Assembly (NCBI GenBank): GCA_027460535.1
Contig: JAPZAR010000029.1
Coordinates: forward strand, 1 to 32,000
From: Candidatus Methanoperedens sp.
GTDB taxonomy: Archaea > Halobacteriota > Methanosarcinia > Methanosarcinales > Methanoperedenaceae
Direction: 5' to 3'
DNA length: 32,000 bases
The notes under the pieces are model-generated. The model saw only the letters and a list, made by a program, of their open reading frames with translations. It did no database searches and was not told the origin of the DNA. Both the position numbers and the translations under genes were made by a program. This document shows positions 26,133 to 32,000 of this stretch, in pieces; position 1 is the first letter of the stretch; every line of letters starts with the position of its first letter.

Positions 26133-27155
26133 TCACACGAATTCTGCATCACTGTAAGCTTTAATAGCTATGATTTGCCCATCGTATCCATTGATCTCTA
26201 TTGTTTCCCCCAATCCTCTAATTTCCCATACAGGAATATGGATGAGGTCGATTTTGAGGGTGACCTCTTCTGGCTCGGGGGCAAACACTTTGTTCTCGAA
26301 TACTATGGTGTCCCCGATCATCTCATTCAGCCTGATCTCTTTTGCATGCTCCATTATTATGGCGTCTGTCGCTTTTCCCGTGGCATCTTTTTTTGAGACA
26401 ATGGGCTGTTTTATCTCATAGTTCTGGGTCGGCACAAAGGTATTATCCTGGAAATCCTTGCACTTCCTGAAAGAATTACCACCAGTCAGCGCATGGATAT
26501 AACCCTCGCCATCTCCCACAAGGTCAACCGTCCTTGATTTGAATTTTTTCTGGGTGTTAAAAGAATAATTATAATACCATACAGGGATGAATTTCAATTT
26601 TTGGCTTTTTGACTTCCCGATCTTGGCCTCTGCTATTGAGAGAGCGTCTGATTTGCCGATATTTATCGGAACAGAGCGCAACAGTATCCTGATGGTTTTT
26701 TCATTTTCCGATTTTACAAGTTCCTGGAGAACTTCATGGGGAGGAGCTGTGATGGATTCAAAAATGTTCTCCGTTTTTGCCGTTGTCACTTCCGGATGTT
26801 CTTTATTTATCTCTTCTCCGAGAGCACCAACAAGCACGGCTCTTCCTATCCACGATTCAAGTTCGCTCCGGTCCCAGATAGTAAGCCCTTCTTCAAGGGC
26901 GAAAGATCTGGTTTTTTCATCGATAGATTCCAGGACGATTATGCCTTTGCCGCTGTATCTCTGAACACTGTTAGAAAAGTGCCTGATGCTATTGAAATTA
27001 ACAACGGTATCAAATTTGATGAACAGATGCTCGGAGTCCTTCTCTGCAAGCAGTTCTGATATATCGGAAGCATTTAAGCTATATCCATAATACCTGAAAA
27101 TTTTTTTAATAATTCCAATTACTGCCTGCTTATTCATGGCTATAATACTTCTCAC
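26133..27155 (-). CDS. protein with N-terminal Mrr-like (restriction-endonuclease-fold) module and two C-terminal beta-rich repeats
   Basis: 340 aa. IIKKIFRYYGYSL...EHLFIKFD...GKGIIVLESIDEKTRSFALEEGLTIWDRSELESWI resembles Mrr_cat, but a clean (D/E)xK is not visible. The C-terminus has two modules with an IPVW motif (KFIPVWYYNYSF.., IHIPVWEIRGLG..) followed by a Gly-rich turn, PepSY-like by eye. Confidence 0.5.
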   Translation of the reverse strand: MRSIIAMNKQAVIGIIKKIFRYYGYSLNASDISELLAEKDSEHLFIKFDTVVNFNSIRHFSNSVQRYSGKGIIVLESIDEKTRSFALEEGLTIWDRSELESWIGRAVLVGALGEEINKEHPEVTTAKTENIFESITAPPHEVLQELVKSENEKTIRILLRSVPINIGKSDALSIAEAKIGKSKSQKLKFIPVWYYNYSFNTQKKFKSRTVDLVGDGEGYIHALTGGNSFRKCKDFQDNTFVPTQNYEIKQPIVSKKDATGKATDAIIMEHAKEIRLNEMIGDTIVFENKVFAPEPEEVTLKIDLIHIPVWEIRGLGETIEINGYDGQIIAIKAYSDAEFV

Positions 27156-27244
27156 CGGATTAAAATACTTTATCTCTGTTAAATGAAATATATTGATTCG
27201 GTAACTATTTATAACGTACTGTAATTATAATCCCCGGTTTAAAT

Positions 27245-27994
27245 ATGACAGAAATCATGTTCATGATCTCCAGGATTGAGAGCAAGATGTATGAGGTAAC
27301 TTTTGACCCTATCAGCCGTAAGGGGAAAATAATCGCCAATATATCGATCGTTGATGAATCCGATCTCAAGAAGGTTATTGAATTGTTCAGGCAGGCGGTC
27401 CATAGCGGCTTATCGGTCAGTCCTTATATAAAAATAGTACATTCCGGTGAAAAAATAGGCAATGTCAAAATTGACAAAGGAAAAGTAGGTATAGCCACAG
27501 CCTGCAGCATTACTATAGACGGCGTACTGTTAAAGGCCGGGGTACCTGTTAAACCCAGGTTCGGCGGGGTCGTGGAAATCCATGACGGTTCTCCGCTGCG
27601 GTTTACCGATATATTGGCCTATGATAGCACGACTATCGATCCTCTTGATGTATTGATGTCGCAGGAACTCACCTCTGTGACCGAGATGATCGGCACTGGC
27701 TCGGGAAAGATACTGGCGAATCTGCGTGAAGCACCCATGGGAGCGCGCAACAGGATAGAACAGGTGCTCGATTCGCTTGTTGAAGCGGGATTCTCCTGCA
27801 TACTTGAAGTGGGAGAACCCAACAGTGATATCCTGGGCTTCCAGGTGGGAAGGGACAAGCTTGGGATAGCGGTGATCGGAGGGACAAACCCAATGGCCCT
27901 TGTGCAGGAGCATGGTATTGATATCAATACGCAGGAGATGTCGATACTCCTTGATATTGAAGAGATGAGCCATATAGATGAGATAAGAGAATAA
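27245..27994 (+). CDS. stand-alone NrpR-type regulatory domain (DUF128) protein, no HTH
   Basis: 249 aa. My recollection of DUF128/NrpR domains fits GIATACSITIDGVLLKAGVPV, RFGGVVE, LANLREAPMGARNRIEQVL and GIAVIGGTNPMA. No N-terminal winged helix is present. Confidence 0.45.
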   Translation: MTEIMFMISRIESKMYEVTFDPISRKGKIIANISIVDESDLKKVIELFRQAVHSGLSVSPYIKIVHSGEKIGNVKIDKGKVGIATACSITIDGVLLKAGVPVKPRFGGVVEIHDGSPLRFTDILAYDSTTIDPLDVLMSQELTSVTEMIGTGSGKILANLREAPMGARNRIEQVLDSLVEAGFSCILEVGEPNSDILGFQVGRDKLGIAVIGGTNPMALVQEHGIDINTQEMSILLDIEEMSHIDEIRE

Positions 27995-28041
27995 AACCGC
28001 ATTTTATTGAAAACCACTGTCAGCATTGCCATAAAACCTTT

Positions 28042-28087
28042 AAGTCACAAACCCCATACGATGTAGAGGCCTGTATCTACCGTTTTT
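28042..28087 (+). repeat. copy B of the dispersed ~50-nt hairpin repeat
   Basis: AAGTCACAAACCCCATACGATGTAGAGGCCTGTATCTACCGTTTTT. It lies between the convergent 3' ends of 27245..27994 and pfpI. Confidence 0.65.
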
Positions 28088-28093
28088 CGTTTG

Positions 28094-28648
28094 CTATTTT
28101 TCAACCAGTCTGACCATCCTCATTACCTCTCGCATAAATGCGGGCAGGTCCATCGGCCAGCGCGAGGTGACGAGATTCCCATCAACGACCACCTCTTTAT
28201 CCTCCCAAATTCCGCCTGCCTCTTTTATCTCTTCGGGCACCCCATCATACCAATAAGAAGTAAGGTGCCTCCCTTTCACAAGACCGGCTGACACAAGAGT
28301 ATAGGGGCCATGACAGATAGAGGCGATGGGTTTATTTTTGGCAAAGAATGATTTAGCTATCTCCTGCGCTTTTTTGATTCTGCGCACGGTTGCCGGCGCT
28401 CCATTCGGCGCTCCGCCCGGAATGATAAGAAGATCGTATTCGCCGGGATCAACTTCTTCAATAGTTTTGTCGGGTTTTAAAACGTATCCGTTTTCTCCTC
28501 TCATCTCCTTCATGGTGGGTGCGGCGATGTCCACCTGCCATCCTTCCTCCAGCAAGCGGAAAAGAGGGAAGAAGACTTCCATATCCTCAAACTTATCTGC
28601 AGTGAGTACAACAGCTTTGCGGTTCGATTTATTTTTAGGAAGTTGCAT
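28094..28648 (-). CDS. pfpI: DJ-1/PfpI-family intracellular protease/deglycase
   Basis: Frame of track ORF 28094..28696. The likely start is ATG 28648, with AAGGAG 6 nt upstream. AVVLTADKFEDMEVFFP, the nucleophile elbow IASICHGPYTLVSAG, and GNLVTSRWPMDLPAF. Confidence 0.85.
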   Translation of the reverse strand: MQLPKNKSNRKAVVLTADKFEDMEVFFPLFRLLEEGWQVDIAAPTMKEMRGENGYVLKPDKTIEEVDPGEYDLLIIPGGAPNGAPATVRRIKKAQEIAKSFFAKNKPIASICHGPYTLVSAGLVKGRHLTSYWYDGVPEEIKEAGGIWEDKEVVVDGNLVTSRWPMDLPAFMREVMRMVRLVEK

Positions 28649-28959
28649 AAATTTCTCCTTAATTGTTGCATTGTAGTAAATCAATAGAAACGTCAAGAGC
28701 TCGACCTTTGGCGATTTTGTTCAAGATGTTTCACTCCTTGTATTATTGAATGCATTTCGGTATAGAAATAGTATTGCCTATTTGATTATTATAGAACAGG
28801 GATATTGAAGGGGTCTTATTCTTAACAAATCTTTCGGTCTAACTTACTACCGATTCTGCCTTTATTTCATTAAATTGTAAATAATGTAAATCTTATTTTG
28901 TCATCAATCGCGCAATTGATTTGAATTCTTTTGTACATTATCTCATATCCCAAGCGGAT

Positions 28960-29157
28960 TTATGGTCGACCTTTTCGCGTGGCATCAATCCCCATCTTGG
29001 AACCAAGGTTGGGCAATGCATGGTCAAGTGTGTCTGTCGGGGCTCTGTCGATTATCGTAATGATATCTAAATAACTAATGTCCCGCATACATTGTGCAGG
29101 ATTTAACAAAAAAGACCTGCACCAGGATCCAAATTGATCCTGGTGAGTTATTTTCAA
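28960..29157 (-). pseudogene. C-terminal remnant of a UbiD-family (prenyl-FMN-dependent) decarboxylase
   Basis: Only the family's C-terminal tail is present: WCRSFLLNPAQCMRDI...DTLDHALPNLGSKMGIDATRKGRP* (cf. WA..TR..P.RD....LD......GSKMGIDAT.K). The frame is cut off where the surface-protein gene ends (29154). Confidence 0.45.
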
Positions 29158-31079
29158 ACAATCGGGCAGGTGTTTATCACTGGATTTCCTACAACTAGAC
29201 CACTAATAGTACCACCACAAGAGTCTGTGATGCTGCCAGAATTGGTTATCGGGCCGCTGTTGGTGATTGGAGCGGAGTTGGTTATGTTTCCGCTGTTTGT
29301 GATGGGACCGCTGTTGGTTATGGGGCCGCTGTTGGTTATGGTGCCAGAGCTGGTTAAGGTAGCAGAATTGGTGATGAGGCCGCTGATGCTATTAATGATC
29401 ATGCCGGTGGCACTGTTGGCTATGGGACCGCTGGTGACGAGGGCACCAGAGTTGGTTATGGTACCGCTGTTGATGATGTTGAGACTGTTGGTGACAGTCC
29501 CACCGAGGTTATTGGTCAGTTTACCAGAGGTCGGCAAGGTGATGGCGCCAGAGGTGGTGATGATGCCGCCGTTGTTGTTGGTGATGGTGCCGCCATCGGT
29601 GATGACACCTGTGGGACCGTTGGTGAGCGTACCACTATTGGTTAGCGTACCAGCGTTAGTTATCGGGCCGCTGTTGGTAACAGTACCAGCGTTGGTTATT
29701 GTACCGGTGAGGGTATTAGTGATAAGCCCGCTACTTGTGAGAGTACTGAGGGCTGCATTGGTTATGGTAGCAGAATTGGTGATGGTGCCAGAGCTGGTGA
29801 TGGTGCCACTGTTGGTGAGTGTATTAGAGGTGGTAAGGATGCCCGTGGGGCCGATTGTAATGGTACCAGCGTTGTTAATGGGGCCGCTGTTGGTGATTGT
29901 ACCCAGGTCCGTGATAAGACCTATGTTGCTTAGAACCACATTGGAGTTGACAATCAATGTGTTTCCAGAGTTAATTGTTAAAGTAGTGGTGGTACATGTT
30001 GAGGTAGCCCAGCTTCCTCCTATTGTTTGACACGATGTTTGATCAGACAATATGATAATTGCTGGGGTAGGTGTCGGGGGTGTAACTGGTGGAGTTACTA
30101 AAAGCGAAACTGTAGTAGTATGTGAAAGTATACCACTTATTCCAGTTACAGTTAATGTATAGGAGCCTGTTGGTACTGATGGGTCAACAATTAATGTTAG
30201 TGTTGATGTGCTTGAAGCGGGATTAGGTACGAAATTTCCTGCGACACCTGAAGGATTCCCACTTAGCGAGAATGTCACTGGAGAACTGAATCCGCCTGAT
30301 GGAGTAATAGTTATTGTAGAAGTTCCAAGGCTACCTTGTGAGATGGCGACAGATGATGCGGCCAAGGAGAAGTCTGCTGTCGGAGGAGTTGGTGTTGGAA
30401 CTGTAATAACAGCAGTAGCTATTGTAGCTGGTCCTTCAGTTAATACTCTGCCGTTCATAGCTGTGTTCGCACCTACTGTAATAGCAGCCGCCTTGGTCAT
30501 TATAGTTCCCTGGAAATTGCTGTTCGCTCCAAGTGTTGAGGCTCCTGTTACTACCCAAAAAACTTGATTAGATTGGGCGCCATTGGTTAATGTGATAACT
30601 GAATTGGCTACTGTGTTCAATGCACCAGTAATCTTGAAGATGTAAACTCCGGGACCGTTAAGAGTAAGTGTTGTTGTAACAGAAGCAGCACCCCCAATAC
30701 AATGGACGCCAGGTGCCACGGTCGAGCCACCTAAATCAACAGCGGCTGGATTAGTATCATCACATGTTCTGGAATTTGCGTTATTTATTGCAGAGTCCAA
30801 ATCAGAATTTGCCTTGGTATATGCAGCATCATTCAGGTGGTTGGTACCCGTAATTGTACTTGGAGTCGTCGTTTGCCCACCGATACCACTTCCAACATCT
30901 CCGTTAACGGTGGTTGGGTTGGTGTTGGTTAAGGTCTGAGCGAGTACACCGAAAGTGCTAGCTTTTCCAAGGTTTACTGGGCCTGGTGCTGGTGCTCCTA
31001 GCCCAGAAAAAACTAACACAGAAATTATCATCACGACTAAAGCCGGGATGATGACTATTTTTTTATTGTTTGTCGACAT
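29154..31079 (-). CDS. secreted DUF3494 (ice-binding-like) protein with an Ig-like domain and a long T/N/S hexapeptide-repeat C-terminal region
   Basis: The likely start is ATG 31079 (GGAGGT 4 nt upstream); the track begins at GTG 31091. Signal/anchor KKIVIIPALVVMIISVLVFSG. The DUF3494 pattern is LGKASTFGVLAQ..VNGDVG...DLGGSTVAPGV...GVYIFKITGALNT...GAQSNQVFWVVTGASTLGANSNFQGTIMTKAAAITVGANTAMNGRVL. PT linkers flank an Ig-like module (FSLAASSVAISQGSLGTSTITITPSGGFSSPVTFSLSG). About 250 aa of GxITNS-type repeats follow. Confidence 0.8.
   Translation of the reverse strand: MSTNNKKIVIIPALVVMIISVLVFSGLGAPAPGPVNLGKASTFGVLAQTLTNTNPTTVNGDVGSGIGGQTTTPSTITGTNHLNDAAYTKANSDLDSAINNANSRTCDDTNPAAVDLGGSTVAPGVHCIGGAASVTTTLTLNGPGVYIFKITGALNTVANSVITLTNGAQSNQVFWVVTGASTLGANSNFQGTIMTKAAAITVGANTAMNGRVLTEGPATIATAVITVPTPTPPTADFSLAASSVAISQGSLGTSTITITPSGGFSSPVTFSLSGNPSGVAGNFVPNPASSTSTLTLIVDPSVPTGSYTLTVTGISGILSHTTTVSLLVTPPVTPPTPTPAIIILSDQTSCQTIGGSWATSTCTTTTLTINSGNTLIVNSNVVLSNIGLITDLGTITNSGPINNAGTITIGPTGILTTSNTLTNSGTITSSGTITNSATITNAALSTLTSSGLITNTLTGTITNAGTVTNSGPITNAGTLTNSGTLTNGPTGVITDGGTITNNNGGIITTSGAITLPTSGKLTNNLGGTVTNSLNIINSGTITNSGALVTSGPIANSATGMIINSISGLITNSATLTSSGTITNSGPITNSGPITNSGNITNSAPITNSGPITNSGSITDSCGGTISGLVVGNPVINTCPIV
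29226..29984 (-). repeat. intragenic imperfect hexapeptide repeats (G-[TPA]-[IL]-T-N-[SA]), about 40 units
   Basis: Examples are SGTITNSGPITNSGPITNSGNITNSAPITNSGPITNSGSITDS and TNAGTVTNSGPITNAGTLTNSGTLTNG. Codon usage varies between units. The complementary strand is stop-free, which produces the track artefact 29134..30030. Confidence 0.8.
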
Positions 31080-31169
31080 ATTTACCTCCACTCTAATATC
31101 GCTTGAGTAAATATGGTGACTTGGAGTAGATGTAATTTTCTCCCAGGTGGGAAGATGGTCAAATTATAG

Positions 31170-31706
31170 TTAAGAACCTAACATTTCTAACTTATTAATA
31201 AGGAACTTTTCAATCCATCTTTTGGCAAAGCTCATTTTTGATGAAAAATTTTGGAAACTGCGATAGATGATATCTTTCAGATGACTCACGTCAACGATGA
31301 AATTTTTTGAAATGACTTTCTTGATGCTTTTCCAGATGAATTCTATCGGATTCAAATCTGGAGAATATGGAGGCAGATATATCAATTTGATGCCAATTTC
31401 TTCTGCAAAATCCATTGTAAAATTTGCTCTATGCGAACGGAAATTGTCAAGAATAAGAATAATATTTTTTGTAGGATTTTTGGATCTAATTTCTGTTAAG
31501 AATTCACAGACATCCTCTTTTCTTGAATGCTCCTTAAAGTTAATTACAGAGTTTCCATTCAACGCATAAAATCCAAACGAATTTGCTCTTAGCTTTGTTG
31601 TATTCTTGCAGATTGTTGGTTTTGTAAACGACCATAATCTTTGAGTATTTGCTGTTGTTTGAGGTGATGATTCATCAAGAAAACCTATGATTGCATCCTC
31701 ACTCAA
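31170..31706 (-). CDS. IS630-family transposase, C-terminal DDE part (orfB frame)
   Basis: Track ORF of 178 aa with a TTG start. It carries the DDE(D) signature with the DLNPIE motif. Confidence 0.8.
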   Translation of the reverse strand: MSEDAIIGFLDESSPQTTANTQRLWSFTKPTICKNTTKLRANSFGFYALNGNSVINFKEHSRKEDVCEFLTEIRSKNPTKNIILILDNFRSHRANFTMDFAEEIGIKLIYLPPYSPDLNPIEFIWKSIKKVISKNFIVDVSHLKDIIYRSFQNFSSKMSFAKRWIEKFLINKLEMLGS

Positions 31707-32000
31707 ATTGGGTAGTTTTTTTTAAGATCTCTTCTGCATCATCTGGTCTTCGGTAATCGTGTGGAAATGGTTTCGCAAGTTTCATGCCAAATTTTCTCAA
31801 GATAATTCGTATTTGCTTCAGAGAATATTCAACCATGAACTCGTCTGATATGAGTTTCTTAATTTCATCTGTTGTCCAGTCATCCCGTTTATTCAGGATT
31901 TTCTTCAGTTGTTCTTTTTGATCATCAGAAAGTTTTGATGGTTTTCCTCCTGCAAATTTTGGTTTTAACCCCTCATATCCCTCTTTATTCCACCTATCCT
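31699..32000 (-). CDS. IS630-family transposase, N-terminal HTH part (orfA frame, 5'-partial)
   Basis: Open to the window edge. It stops at TGA 31699-31701 and overlaps orfB by 8 nt. The A8 run (T8 on the + strand, 31716-31723) lies just upstream of the overlap. Confidence 0.7.
   Translation of the reverse strand, partial: DRWNKEGYEGLKPKFAGGKPSKLSDDQKEQLKKILNKRDDWTTDEIKKLISDEFMVEYSLKQIRIILRKFGMKLAKPFPHDYRRPDDAEEILKKTTQFE

Larger units (their letters stand above)
31170..32000 (-). mobile_element. IS630/Tc1-mariner-family insertion sequence (partial; runs off the window)
   Basis: The DDE domain ORF contains LILDNFRSHRA...LIYLPPYSPDLNPIEFIWKSIKK. The upstream HTH part, from my own translation, is ..WNKEGYEGLKPKFAGGKPSKLSDDQKEQLKKILNKRDDWTTDEIKKLISDEFMVEYSLKQIRIILRKFGMKLAKPFPHDYRRPDDAEEILKK. 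The two frames meet at an A8 run. Confidence 0.8.

Noticed and set aside
28697-28959. AT-rich intergenic region checked for small RNAs or repeats
   Set aside because: I saw no convincing hairpins, repeats or ORFs. It is most simply the pfpI promoter region.
29226-29984. Periodic DNA repeats that might be taken for a CRISPR array or a satellite
   Set aside because: The period is 18 nt and imperfect, there is no repeat-spacer alternation, and the region is fully contained in a long coding frame. These are coding hexapeptide repeats.
29134-30030. 298-aa plus-strand ORF with repeated PLLV/PELV units
   Set aside because: It is the mirror image of the GxITNS hexapeptide-repeat region on the minus strand. 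The repeat codons have no stop on the complement. The minus-strand gene has a signal peptide, an SD and a DUF3494 domain, and this ORF has none of these.
31113-31122. An extra AAGTCACC match (minus strand) upstream of the surface-protein gene that might be a fifth repeat copy
   Set aside because: Only the first 8 nt match. The CCCC-hairpin-GGCCTG core is absent, so this is probably chance.

Overview
This is an archaeal chromosome segment, euryarchaeal and probably methanogen- or ANME-like, judged from PolD, L21e, RpoF, Pus10, TrmY, an NrpR-type domain and DUF98/DUF655-type genes. I cannot name the species.

Positions 1-8.9 kb form a conserved informational block:
- trmY, an exported protein and pus10
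- rpl21e-rpoF-DUF655-ksgA
- the PolD large subunit on the minus strand

After that, core metabolic genes alternate with patches that look AT-richer by eye. The core genes are:
- a tightly packed minus-strand operon at 11.9-15.6 kb (ahcY, APH-fold kinase, APS-kinase-like, IMPase-like)
- asnB-like and carA at 20.6-23.2 kb
- pfpI at 28.1-28.6 kb

The accessory patches are:
- (i) 9.3-11.7 kb: an Abi-alpha-like protein, a HEPN protein with an Rx4H motif, a 59-aa zinc-ribbon ORF missing from the ORF track, and a RusA-like resolvase. This is the best candidate for a defence or abortive-infection module.
- (ii) 16.0-20.5 kb: small exported and membrane proteins, one with an in-frame TAG in its lipoprotein signal peptide, plus a CPBP protease and a decayed IS200/IS605 tnpA.
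- (iii) 23.2-28.0 kb: two proteins with weak Mrr-like (PD-(D/E)xK-like) modules, one of them membrane-anchored with a coiled coil and a wHTH tail.
- (iv) 29.1-32 kb: a secreted DUF3494 ice-binding-like protein with about 250 aa of T/N/S-rich hexapeptide repeats. It sits 90 nt downstream of an IS630-family element that is split at an A8 run.

Two non-coding signals stand out. One is a dispersed ~50-nt hairpin repeat in four copies, one of which forms the end of the IS200-like tnpA. The other is a ~110-nt multi-hairpin element followed by a T7 run next to the polD start.

I saw no rRNA, tRNA or CRISPR array. All functional calls rest on motif recognition by eye, not on database searches.
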